Assembly: GCA_003142915.1 (NCBI GenBank)
Contig: PLNZ01000273.1
Location: 1-38,552 of the forward strand
DNA: 38,552 nucleotides
Reading direction: 5' to 3'
Origin: Ignavibacteriales bacterium
Lineage (GTDB): Bacteria; Bacteroidota; Ignavibacteria; Ignavibacteriales; Ignavibacteriaceae
A model generated the notes under the pieces. The model was not told the DNA's origin. It saw nothing but the letters and a program-made list of their open reading frames with translations, and did not search any database. The translations under genes and the position numbers were made by a program. This document shows positions 26,479 to 35,593 of this stretch, piece by piece; the stretch's first letter is position 1; the number at the start of each line of letters is the position of its first letter.

Positions 26479-26688
26479 GGTGGGCTTTGCGTTCACCCAT
26501 TGGAACCAGCTTTTGGCTGAATTGCGCGAATGGGAGAAAATAAAACAAGGTTTTGAACTTGTTTTATAGGAAAAATCCACAAATCAAGAACTGTTTTATT
26601 ATATACTGTCAAAATAAAATCGGCAAGGAAGCACTGATTTAAACAAATAAAGACGGGCTGTCCTATCGTGAATCAGTCCGTTTCTTTA
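26479..26688 (+). repeat. Partial module copy 6 (type-1 recombinase fragment plus full tail)
   Basis: Fragment 26479-26569 encodes VGFAFTHWNQLLAELREWEKIKQGFELVL-stop. The tail carries the antisense promoter hexamers and the hairpin at 26653-26687. It has no box and no MLTLEQ ORF. Confidence 0.85.
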
Positions 26689-26892
26689 AAGAGAATTTAT
26701 AGTCAGTATCCCGCACAAATCGATAACACTATTGAGGGTGAATGACTCCCATCAGAATCGTTTATGATTTCCGTGCTAATTATGATATGTGGAATAAAAT
26801 TTGGATTTTGTATTCTATAAAGTGATGAGGATAACAGATAAATATTTGAACTTTTGTAACACTATTGAGAAAATAAGCCGTAACCTGTTGCA

Positions 26893-27993
26893 TTGGGTAA
26901 AATAGGTCGACGCGTCTTAAAAATTTTATGTTATCCCAAATATAAATTTGCTGAAGTGAGCTTAATGTTAGACAATTCTGAATTAGATCATCAAAAGGAG
27001 TTCTATTTTCAATGGCATATTACAAATAGATGCAATCTGAGATGTAAGCACTGTTATCATGATAATTATCAAGAAATTGGACTCGATACATCGCAATTAT
27101 TAAAGATTGGTGAACATTTATGTGACGCAATTAAAAATTGGGGCAAAATTGGATCTTTTAGCATTACTGGCGGAGAGCCTTTTATGAGAAAAGATGATGT
27201 TATGCAATTACTCGATTTTTTTGATAATAGAGAAGAGATAGGGCATATTGATATTTTAACAAATGGAACATTAATTGATCAGGGAATTATAAACGATTTA
27301 AAACGATTTAAAAAAATTAGAAGAATCCAGTTTTCTTTAGAAGGACTTGAAGAAACTAATGATAAAATACGAGGCAACGGTTCATTTGATGTGATTACTA
27401 GTAAAATTAAACAACTAACAATGTGCGGATTAAAAACAAGTGTTATGATGACCATTGCAAAATATAATAAAGATGAGGTCATCCCCTTGGCGGAAAAGTT
27501 AGCAGAAGTCGGTGTTGAATCTTTTATTCTGGACAGATTTATCCCCGAAGGACAAAGTGCGGATATGAAAAAATCAGTCTTAGATTCGACTGAAATCAAA
27601 GAAATATATCAAAAATGTTATTCCTATTTCAAAAATACATTAAAGCCAAGAATGCTTTTATACAGAACTCTATTTTGTCTGCTAAATCCTGAAGACAAAC
27701 ATATTGGTGCAATATGCTCTGTCGGTAACAATGCTTTAACAATAATGCCTAATGGTGATGTTTTCCCATGTAGGCGTTTACCCATTAAATTAGGAAATAT
27801 ACTAAAAAATAGTGTTTATGAAATTTGGTATACTCATCCACTCCTGTGGGAGTTCCGAGATCCGAATAATTTAAAAGGAAAATGCAAACATTGCGAATAT
27901 ATTCCTGTTTGCAGAGGATGCAGGGCTTTTGCCTATGCCATAACTGGTGATTATTTTGAAGCTGATCCTCAATGTTGGAAGGACAATAATTGA
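26893..27993 (+). CDS. Radical SAM/SPASM-domain peptide maturase
   Basis: WHITNRCNLRCKHCY (CxxxCxxC). Cys-rich SPASM-like C-terminus CSVGNN...CRRLP...CKHCEYIPVCRGCRAFAY. The start may be ATG 26965 rather than TTG 26893. Confidence 0.85.
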   Translation: MGKIGRRVLKILCYPKYKFAEVSLMLDNSELDHQKEFYFQWHITNRCNLRCKHCYHDNYQEIGLDTSQLLKIGEHLCDAIKNWGKIGSFSITGGEPFMRKDDVMQLLDFFDNREEIGHIDILTNGTLIDQGIINDLKRFKKIRRIQFSLEGLEETNDKIRGNGSFDVITSKIKQLTMCGLKTSVMMTIAKYNKDEVIPLAEKLAEVGVESFILDRFIPEGQSADMKKSVLDSTEIKEIYQKCYSYFKNTLKPRMLLYRTLFCLLNPEDKHIGAICSVGNNALTIMPNGDVFPCRRLPIKLGNILKNSVYEIWYTHPLLWEFRDPNNLKGKCKHCEYIPVCRGCRAFAYAITGDYFEADPQCWKDNN

Positions 27994-28262
27994 ATATTGA
28001 ACTGTCTGAAGAAGTTTATTTAAAACATGATGAGGGAACTGATTGTTATTATCTTTTCTGTATCAGTAGCGGTAAGCATTTCAGCTTGAATAAAACAAGT
28101 TACAAGATTCTAATGCTTTTAAAAATGGGCAAAGATAAACAAGAGATTGCAGAATTTTTATCAAACCATTATAATATTACTTTAGATCTCTGTAAAAAAG
28201 ATATAGATGAGCTAATAGATGTTTTGCAAGAAAATAACTTATTGACAAATAAGGAGATTTAA
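27990..28262 (+). CDS. PqqD-like peptide chaperone (RiPP recognition element)
   Basis: 90 aa. CYYLFCISSGKHFSLNKTSYKILMLLKMGKDKQEIAEFLSNHYNITLDLCKKDIDELIDVLQENNLL fits the PqqD pattern. The TTG start overlaps the upstream TGA, with GGAAGG upstream. Confidence 0.7.
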   Translation: MNIELSEEVYLKHDEGTDCYYLFCISSGKHFSLNKTSYKILMLLKMGKDKQEIAEFLSNHYNITLDLCKKDIDELIDVLQENNLLTNKEI

Positions 28263-28266
28263 ATTC

Positions 28267-28428
28267 ATGAAAAAACTTAAAGAAGGAAAGATTAAAACAA
28301 AGGACACCGATTATATCAAACCAGCAATTAAGCTGGAGAAAAACATGACATTCATGTTTGAAGCAATAAAAAAATCAAATTCTAAATTAACTTGCAGACA
28401 ATGCTCATCTTGCCATGGCTGCAGATAA
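28267..28428 (+). CDS. Candidate RiPP precursor peptide (53 aa, C-terminal CxxCxxCxxC)
   Basis: Not in the ORF track (below 60 aa). AAGGAG lies 10 nt upstream of ATG 28267. MKKLKEGKIKTKDTDYIKPAIKLEKNMTFMFEAIKKSNSKLTCRQCSSCHGCR has a Lys-rich leader and four Cys at residues 43/46/49/52. It sits 4 nt after the PqqD-like gene. Confidence 0.65.
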   Translation: MKKLKEGKIKTKDTDYIKPAIKLEKNMTFMFEAIKKSNSKLTCRQCSSCHGCR

Positions 28429-29254
28429 CAATCAAAGAGTAAATAAACTATACTCTGCATTAATTAATATAATCTATGACTTTCTTGACCGCCGCTTGCC
28501 ATTAAGAAGAATTATCATTGTTGCTTCACTTTTAAAAGACTGTAATATTGTAATACCAACTTGCGATAAAATTCAAAACCGTCTTGTTAGAAAACAAAAT
28601 GATGACGGTGGTTGGGTTGATTGTGAAGACACTGCATGGTCGCTTTTTTATCTTTCAGACATAGAAAAATATGAAAATAAATTTAAAAATGGAATGCTAT
28701 GGCTTGAATCTGAAAGAAATAAAAAAAAAGGATGGGGCTTTTGCAAAAGAGATCAACCTTGTATTCCTATCACTGCGCAAATCTTGTACTTTCTTTCACA
28801 TTATCATTTAAATCATGAGGCATGTAAGTGGCTAGAAAAGGAATGGAGGAAAGATATTTTATCCCCATTCAAGCTCAATTACAAAGCTGCATGGTATTTA
28901 CTTGCTTATAAGAATCACGTGCACACGAAATTGCTTTCTGAAGAATTATTTAATGAAACCATTCATTACTTAGTTAAAGAGCAGAGAAATGATGGAGGTT
29001 GGGGGCCTTGGAAAAATCATCCAGCGCAAAGTGATTGCTTTATTACAGGTATCTGTATGGGCGCTCTTGCTCTTTCATATTCACTGAATAAAGATAAAAT
29101 AATTATTAAGTCTTTAAGAAAAGGGATTCCTTGGGTTGAGAATAATCAACTAAATAATGGTTTATTCCCAACGCACTATATTGAAGAAGGTTCGTCTTGG
29201 ATATTTTGGGGATGGAGCAAAACAATGGATGTGCTTAATGGATGCAGTTTATGA
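28415..29254 (+). CDS. Prenyltransferase/squalene-cyclase-repeat (alpha-alpha toroid) protein
   Basis: Repeated QxxDGGW-type motifs: QNDDGGWVDCEDTAWSL, KKKGWGFC, QRNDGGWGPWKNHP. The start overlaps the last 5 codons of the precursor ORF. Confidence 0.6.
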   Translation: MAADNNQRVNKLYSALINIIYDFLDRRLPLRRIIIVASLLKDCNIVIPTCDKIQNRLVRKQNDDGGWVDCEDTAWSLFYLSDIEKYENKFKNGMLWLESERNKKKGWGFCKRDQPCIPITAQILYFLSHYHLNHEACKWLEKEWRKDILSPFKLNYKAAWYLLAYKNHVHTKLLSEELFNETIHYLVKEQRNDGGWGPWKNHPAQSDCFITGICMGALALSYSLNKDKIIIKSLRKGIPWVENNQLNNGLFPTHYIEEGSSWIFWGWSKTMDVLNGCSL

Positions 29255-30336
29255 AGATATTATTGATTGGTAAATATCCACCATTGCAGGGTGGAATATC
29301 ATCAAAAACCTACTGGTTATACAGATATCTTGAGAAGAAAGGTTTTGAATTCAGAATAGTAACCGTGGCAGCAGATGCTTACACTATAAATAAATACCAT
29401 AACGATCCAAATGTAACCGTCGTAAATGAGAAAAAATCACCTTGGCATATACCGGAAACAGATCTACTGGATGATAGATTAATTAATGAAGCCAAAAAGA
29501 TAGCGCTTGATTTCTGCCCAGACTTGATTGAAACAAACTACTTATGGCCTTTCTGTAAAGATGCACTTTTGATTTCTAAAATATTAAAAAAACCACTACT
29601 TATCCGACATGCCGGAAGTGATATTATAAAATTTAGCAAGGATAAGGAATACCTCGAGATTATGGAAAGCTATTTCAGTCATGCATCTGCAATAGCTACA
29701 AACAGTACGTCTGTTAAACTTGTTAATAAATTATGTGGCTTCGATAGCAAGACTTTTCTTATGCAACGATACATACCTGATCCGTCAATTTTCAAACATA
29801 TCGAATCTGAAAAGCCTTTTCATATATTATTTACAGGAAAAATTAATTATCATTGGCAACACAAGGGCTTATTGTTATTGCTGGAGATCATTAAAGAACA
29901 TAAGCTTAAGGCTCTTTTTGTTATTGGCGGGCTTTATAAGAACAAATTGCTGGAGGAAATATCTTTTAATGGCATTGATGAGCTCATTCATATCTCGGAG
30001 TTTGTACCACCCGAAAACATGCCTCTGATTTATAACTCATGTAAATTTGTATGGGCATGGGAAGAAGAAGGGAACGTAGAAGACTTCCCCAATATTATTT
30101 GGGAGTCACTTTACAGTGGTACTTCTTGTATCGTAAACTCTGCATTTGCCGCAAAACTAAGAAATGAAAAAATACCAGAATGTTTTTCTAGTCTCATTAG
30201 AAATTTTGATGCACATAACATCATGGGATTTGAATTCACTATTCAAAAAAAAGATGTTGAATGTAACCATATAAAAGATGATTTATTTAACAAATACGTT
30301 TATGATAATATCAATCTTTATACCAACATAACATAG
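29242..30336 (+). CDS. GT-B fold glycosyltransferase (GT4-like)
   Basis: MKILLIGKYPPLQGGISSKTYWL N-terminus and a C-terminal EEEGNVEDFPNIIWESLYSGTSCIV (E-x7-E-like) region. Alternative ATG at 29251. Confidence 0.7.
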   Translation: MQFMKILLIGKYPPLQGGISSKTYWLYRYLEKKGFEFRIVTVAADAYTINKYHNDPNVTVVNEKKSPWHIPETDLLDDRLINEAKKIALDFCPDLIETNYLWPFCKDALLISKILKKPLLIRHAGSDIIKFSKDKEYLEIMESYFSHASAIATNSTSVKLVNKLCGFDSKTFLMQRYIPDPSIFKHIESEKPFHILFTGKINYHWQHKGLLLLLEIIKEHKLKALFVIGGLYKNKLLEEISFNGIDELIHISEFVPPENMPLIYNSCKFVWAWEEEGNVEDFPNIIWESLYSGTSCIVNSAFAAKLRNEKIPECFSSLIRNFDAHNIMGFEFTIQKKDVECNHIKDDLFNKYVYDNINLYTNIT

Positions 30337-30350
30337 AAATGTAGATAATT

Positions 30351-31535
30351 ATGATCTTATCACATATTTTCACTAATGACATTGGACCGGGTATGTTGTT
30401 TAATGTACCTGATCACCCTGTAAATGTTATGTTAGACATCACGAATGATTGTAACAATCGGTGCATTTATTGTTATAACCCTGATAGCTCAATTGGCCAT
30501 GGTGGCTCGCCTGATCCAAATAATCTAAAAAAAATTGTGTCCATTCTCGGATTGTCAGGTACAAAGGAGATTCTCTATTTAGGCGGTGAGCCGTTTTCTT
30601 TACCTGCTTTCATTGAAATATTAGAGACAGGTAGGAAATACAATATTTTCCAACGCACTGTCAGTAATGGCAGCTTCTTAACAGATACGTATATATGTCG
30701 TGATTTTAAAGAGAAAGGCCTTGATGAGGTTGGAATATCTTTTCACTCTTCTGATGAAGCAGTCCATGATAGGATTACCAACAGAAAGGGTTCATTTCAA
30801 GAGGCTGTATTAAGTCTCCAAAATTGCATATTAGCTGGAATATCGTCATTCATTCAATACTCACCTAATCGATTTAATTCATCCCGCGATATTCTGAAGC
30901 TTGCAGAATATATAAAAATACTTTTCGGTGACGAGGTTAAATATTTCGATATCAACAGATTGCTGCCTATAGGACGAGGACAGAAGGCACAATCCGTATT
31001 TCTTGAAAACGATGAATGGTTTGAGTTTCTAGTACAAGCTGCAATGCTAAGAAGATATGGGTTTGATGTTCATGCAGAATTGACACCTTTCTGCTGGATA
31101 AATCATAAAGCAAAAGAAAACAACATTTCAGCTAATACGCTAAATGAAGTCTACAAAATGAATCGTGGTTGCTATATGTGGATTGCGCAACTGGCTCTCG
31201 ATTATAATGGCGGAATTAAATTCTGCCCTACCGGTCCAGCAGTTGGTCCGTCGATAATTGATGTTAAATGGCCTAGCTTTTGGAAGACATGGGAGGAGTT
31301 TAAGAGGTACCGTAGCTTTTTATGGAATGATAAATGTGTTGATTTCGATACAAAAAATGCTTGTTCTTTTTTTTATCAGTGTCTTGGAGGATGTAAATAT
31401 TCAAAAGGTACGCCTTATCAAATGGATCATTACACAATAGGTCTACAAAATAATTTAAATGAGGAGTATAAAAATGAAAAAATCATCAAAGACAAACAGA
31501 GTTATAATTCTGAAGGGGTCACCTGGTGTCGGTAA
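30351..31535 (+). CDS. Second radical SAM/SPASM-like enzyme
   Basis: DITNDCNNRCIYCYN (CxxxCxxC). C-terminal Cys cluster CYMW...CPTGP...CVDFDTKNACSFFYQCLGGCKY. Confidence 0.8.
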   Translation: MILSHIFTNDIGPGMLFNVPDHPVNVMLDITNDCNNRCIYCYNPDSSIGHGGSPDPNNLKKIVSILGLSGTKEILYLGGEPFSLPAFIEILETGRKYNIFQRTVSNGSFLTDTYICRDFKEKGLDEVGISFHSSDEAVHDRITNRKGSFQEAVLSLQNCILAGISSFIQYSPNRFNSSRDILKLAEYIKILFGDEVKYFDINRLLPIGRGQKAQSVFLENDEWFEFLVQAAMLRRYGFDVHAELTPFCWINHKAKENNISANTLNEVYKMNRGCYMWIAQLALDYNGGIKFCPTGPAVGPSIIDVKWPSFWKTWEEFKRYRSFLWNDKCVDFDTKNACSFFYQCLGGCKYSKGTPYQMDHYTIGLQNNLNEEYKNEKIIKDKQSYNSEGVTWCR

Positions 31536-32019
31536 GTCATTTACAGCGCGCAAACTTGTTTCGCAACTCAAAAGTAAGAAAATCGCACTTATTTCCATTG
31601 ATGAATTACTCCACATCGATCAGCGCAATCTTTGTGAAGACAAACTGAAACTAGCTAAGTATAATGCAGCAATTCTTACGCGAAGTTTTCTAAGTGATAA
31701 ATTTGATATCATTATTGAATATACATTTGATATTCCGCAGCACTTAGAATTTCTGATTGACAAAATTAAGCATAGCCATGTGGACATATTACCCAAGTCG
31801 GATATTCATATTTTTCATCTTACGGCAAAGTTTACTGAAGTAAAGAAACGCAATAAGACAAGAAGAGATGGTACGGATCCCTTGCCGGATATTATCCTTG
31901 AGAAACTATATAAATCTTGCGAGAAAACTGCCGGAAAGGTTAAAGATGAAATCATAATAGAATCTGACAAAATATCATTAAAGCAAGTCGTCGATCAGAT
32001 CATGGGCAACTTGAAATGA
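31474..32019 (+). CDS. P-loop kinase/AAA-type NTPase (small-molecule or nucleotide kinase-like)
   Basis: Walker A ILKGSPGVGKSF. About 180 aa. GAGGAG lies 7 nt upstream of ATG 31474. Overlaps the rSAM 3-prime end by 62 nt. Confidence 0.65.
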   Translation: MKKSSKTNRVIILKGSPGVGKSFTARKLVSQLKSKKIALISIDELLHIDQRNLCEDKLKLAKYNAAILTRSFLSDKFDIIIEYTFDIPQHLEFLIDKIKHSHVDILPKSDIHIFHLTAKFTEVKKRNKTRRDGTDPLPDIILEKLYKSCEKTAGKVKDEIIIESDKISLKQVVDQIMGNLK

Positions 32020-32879
32020 TAATTGATCTACATCTGCACAGTCATTATAGCCCTGATGGCAGACATTCCATTCCGCAGCTTCTTGATTTGTTTTCAGAGG
32101 GGGACATTGCTGGATTAACAGATCATGAGACAATAGGTGGATGGCCGGAGTTTGAGAAAGAAGCAAATAAAAGGGGCATTAAGCCTGTTTTGGGTATTGA
32201 ATGGTTCGCGCCAGGTTGCCATATATTAGCCTATTTCTTTGATGGTGTACCCAACGCATTCTATCAATATATGAAAGCACGTCGCGCAACTGAAAAAAGC
32301 TGTATGCATACTCTGTATGAAGAATTCAGAAAGGATAACCCCCGGCTTAAACCCTATAATGAAGCCCTTAAACTGCGAGCCCACCCTGAAAATATTCTCG
32401 GCCTTCCTGGATTTGCGGAAGCAGTCTCAAAAGCATCTGACATTGCACAAGAAGACGCAGAAGATATTGTGAGAAGACAAAAAAGAGCAATGCCCGATGG
32501 CACACGCCCTGAACCTTTTAATCCAGAAGAAATAATAAAGAACATTAATGGCTGGAATGCTGTGCCAGTTTTAGCACACCCTTATAGGTGTTCACAAGGC
32601 AAGGATGGTCGAGAAAAAAAAGAAACTGTAGAAAATAAAATTAGAGAACTCGCTAATGCAGGAATAAAAGGTGTTGATGTATACTCTTGGAACAGCAACC
32701 AAGAAGAGCTGGAACATCTTTTGGGACTTTGTGATGAATTAAAGCTTGCCCCTATTGTAGGGTCAGATTTCCATCACGCAAATAAAGGCTTGCGTCCTCA
32801 AGATCTGAATGCATTGGATAGAAAACTTATACAGAGGATATTTGAATGGATCGAAAATTTGGCAGCGCCTACTCTTTAA
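32016..32879 (+). CDS. PHP-family metal-dependent phosphoesterase
   Basis: IDLHLHSHYSPDG, GLTDHETIGG and VLAHPYR motifs. ATGA start/stop overlap with the kinase gene. Confidence 0.8.
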   Translation: MIIDLHLHSHYSPDGRHSIPQLLDLFSEGDIAGLTDHETIGGWPEFEKEANKRGIKPVLGIEWFAPGCHILAYFFDGVPNAFYQYMKARRATEKSCMHTLYEEFRKDNPRLKPYNEALKLRAHPENILGLPGFAEAVSKASDIAQEDAEDIVRRQKRAMPDGTRPEPFNPEEIIKNINGWNAVPVLAHPYRCSQGKDGREKKETVENKIRELANAGIKGVDVYSWNSNQEELEHLLGLCDELKLAPIVGSDFHHANKGLRPQDLNALDRKLIQRIFEWIENLAAPTL

Positions 32880-35593
32880 GAGATTTCGCATTTCCGCAAG
32901 AAAATCGGAAAGACATTTCGGACTGCATTAATCTAATTATGAATACCCTGTCCTTCAGAAAGCTAGCTGGTAAGACCCAAGTAATATTATCATTGGCTGG
33001 TCCGGATGTTAGGACACGACTTACCCACACTATCGAGGTTTCAAGAATTGCAAAAGAAATATGCAGTCGACTTGATTTAAATGCTGATCTTGCAGAAGCC
33101 ATTGCCCTAGCTCATGATATAGGACATACTCCTTTTGGTCATGTGGGGGAAAGAACGCTTAGGGAAATCATGTGTGGTTGCAATACTCTAGGAGGTAAAA
33201 TCAGTGATTGTGATTTTGCAAACTCTGGATTTAAGCATAATTTACAAAGTTTCCGCGTATTGACAGATTTGGAGCAGATATGTACAAAAAATGATATTTG
33301 GTCGCCCATATTATGGGGTGCTTTAAACCATACAAATATGACGTGGTCAAAATCATATTCAGGTATTGATTATGAGATATTAATATCCTCTAGCCATTGT
33401 AATTGGGTTCATGTATGTTATTACGATGAAAAAAAGGAATGTAAACGTAATATACAGAAAAAGAAAAGCAAAATAATAGCTTCTGAGAATAATTCAATTT
33501 GTAAGCCTTGGTACTGCGCAAATCTTCCAATTGTAGATAATAAGGATGATGTCACAGAGAACGTTCTGTATAATGGAGAAACAACCCAAGACTATTTAAA
33601 AAAGGAACCAATTAGAAGAGAATTTGTTGAGAAGATATATTGTTCTCATCAATGCTATATGGCAAAACTCTGGAAATACAAACAAGCAAATTTTAAGAGC
33701 TATCGTCAATACCATTATTTATATGATCATCCATTTCCTAATAGCTTCTATGCTGGCGGTGTGCATGACTTCTTTGCCAATAAAATTAATGGTAAAAATA
33801 GTAAATCAGATTATGTTACAGTGGAAGCACAAATTGTCTGTCAGGCAGATGAAATTGCACAAAGGCAACAAGACCTCGAAGATGGAATTAGCAAAGGATT
33901 ACTATCTTTCAGTGATACGAAAGAACATATTAGAAAATTACTAAAAATATTTGATTCTGAAAACCAAAAAATCAAAAAACTTTCAAAAGAACTTACTGAA
34001 ATAGTGAAGCCAGATAAGCTAGGCAAACTGCTAGTTGACTTCTATATCGAATTGATTGTAGCTGGATCTATGAAATATTTCGCTTATTTTGGCAAAGAAA
34101 TAAATCCTCAGTTGATAAATATATATAGCTTGCTCAATATTCTCTATTATATGTCAGACAACCTAAGTCATAAAAGCAAATGGCTTATAGAGGAGCTGAA
34201 ATCACCTGTTCTTAATAATACTGAAAAAAAACATCTTACGAATAAGATTATTGGGAGTCGCGTATTCAGGCCTAATTACGATATTGGATATCTATATCTT
34301 ACGATCTATGATCATCTGGAAAATCAAATTAAGATATACGGATATTCAAAGAATTTGTCTAAAATCCTTTGTTTATTCATATCTCACGTAAAAATAAATA
34401 AAAAAAGAGCAAAAGCGAAGAATAAATTGGAAAGTATTGAGAAAAACATTAAAGATATTATCAGTAGCGAATTATATATATCAAAAATAAAAAAAATTAT
34501 AAGCCGATTAATGAAGATAAAACCGTCAGATTCCAATAAGCTTTCATGTAAAGATATCGCATGCGACTATGTTAAAAGTAGTTCAAGCATACTGAATTAC
34601 CATTTTATCCTTGCATTAGATAATATGCGGGATTATTTGAAGAATGCTTATACAAAAGAAAGTAAAGTATTTTTCCAAAATAAGGATAAAACACCATGGA
34701 AAAATCTTGGTACGTTGAATTTGCCCCAGTTTTACACATTATCAAAAATTCATAAAAAGTGTTTCATAGGGGAAAATACAATTATATGTGCCAGAGATCT
34801 TACAAAATTTGCCTATGGAAATGATGGATATAAAACAAGGCAGGCATTTCTAAGATGGAAGGAAATTTTGGGCAATGATGGTCATAAAGTACTAAATAAT
34901 TATGTGCAATTTGTTTTTAAAAACGATGAAAAACAAGCAAAGATAGATGATTTTAAAGAAAAACAAAAAAACACGATATTAAAAAGTGAATCTGTGGAAA
35001 AAAATGACGGTAAAGCAGGTTACATCTTAACGAGATTATTTAAAGCTTATATATCCAACTCACACCAATTACCAGATATGGGTCTCAAAATGATATTTAA
35101 CACCCTTCAGAATGAAAAAATATGTGATAAATTAAAACAAAAAGAAAATGAAAAATTTGAAGACATATTAAGTAATTTGAAAAAGACTTTACCAGAAAGT
35201 AGTCAAACAAACGAGAAAATGGCTAAAATTAAATCCGCCAAATTTATGAAAATTACTAAAGATGAATTTGATGATCTTAAGGAAAATGTTTCCAGTGAAA
35301 TTAAAGCAGCTTTAGACAATAGATGGAAGCTATATGAATTCATTCGGCAAATGAAAAAAGATAAAAGTAAATTGCAGAAATACTTGAACAGCGATAAAGA
35401 TAAGGACATCGGGAGTTTAAATGAATATTTAGGTAAATTCAGAGCCATTCTTGACAATCCCTTTCTTAATCCCACCCCATTCTGGAAAAGTATACTTACT
35501 CGGGGGATATGTGATTATATTGCCGGATTAACTGACCAAGAGGCCATAAATGAATACGAAAAACTTTATGCCGGCATCATGGAATTAGTTTAA
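32846..35593 (+). CDS. Giant HD-domain dGTPase-like triphosphohydrolase (915 aa)
   Basis: FRKLAGKTQV, RLTHTIEVSRIAKEI, LAHDIGHTPFGHVGE, QADEIAQRQQDLEDGI and C-terminal ICDYIAGLTDQEAINEYEKLY match dGTPase/SAMHD1-family landmarks. Several hundred extra K/N-rich residues lie between them. Confidence 0.8.
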   Translation: MDRKFGSAYSLRDFAFPQENRKDISDCINLIMNTLSFRKLAGKTQVILSLAGPDVRTRLTHTIEVSRIAKEICSRLDLNADLAEAIALAHDIGHTPFGHVGERTLREIMCGCNTLGGKISDCDFANSGFKHNLQSFRVLTDLEQICTKNDIWSPILWGALNHTNMTWSKSYSGIDYEILISSSHCNWVHVCYYDEKKECKRNIQKKKSKIIASENNSICKPWYCANLPIVDNKDDVTENVLYNGETTQDYLKKEPIRREFVEKIYCSHQCYMAKLWKYKQANFKSYRQYHYLYDHPFPNSFYAGGVHDFFANKINGKNSKSDYVTVEAQIVCQADEIAQRQQDLEDGISKGLLSFSDTKEHIRKLLKIFDSENQKIKKLSKELTEIVKPDKLGKLLVDFYIELIVAGSMKYFAYFGKEINPQLINIYSLLNILYYMSDNLSHKSKWLIEELKSPVLNNTEKKHLTNKIIGSRVFRPNYDIGYLYLTIYDHLENQIKIYGYSKNLSKILCLFISHVKINKKRAKAKNKLESIEKNIKDIISSELYISKIKKIISRLMKIKPSDSNKLSCKDIACDYVKSSSSILNYHFILALDNMRDYLKNAYTKESKVFFQNKDKTPWKNLGTLNLPQFYTLSKIHKKCFIGENTIICARDLTKFAYGNDGYKTRQAFLRWKEILGNDGHKVLNNYVQFVFKNDEKQAKIDDFKEKQKNTILKSESVEKNDGKAGYILTRLFKAYISNSHQLPDMGLKMIFNTLQNEKICDKLKQKENEKFEDILSNLKKTLPESSQTNEKMAKIKSAKFMKITKDEFDDLKENVSSEIKAALDNRWKLYEFIRQMKKDKSKLQKYLNSDKDKDIGSLNEYLGKFRAILDNPFLNPTPFWKSILTRGICDYIAGLTDQEAINEYEKLYAGIMELV

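Noticed and set aside
26368-26580. 70-aa minus-strand ORF
   Set aside because: It runs antisense across the recombinase 3-prime fragment copy, so the repeat explains the sequence. It is hydrophobic junk with no SD.
26742-26825. 27-aa ORF MTPIRIVYDFRANYDMWNKIWILYSIK upstream of the rSAM operon, as a second precursor
   Set aside because: It has no properly spaced SD and no Cys or other obvious modification sites. It is separated from the operon by about 70 nt.
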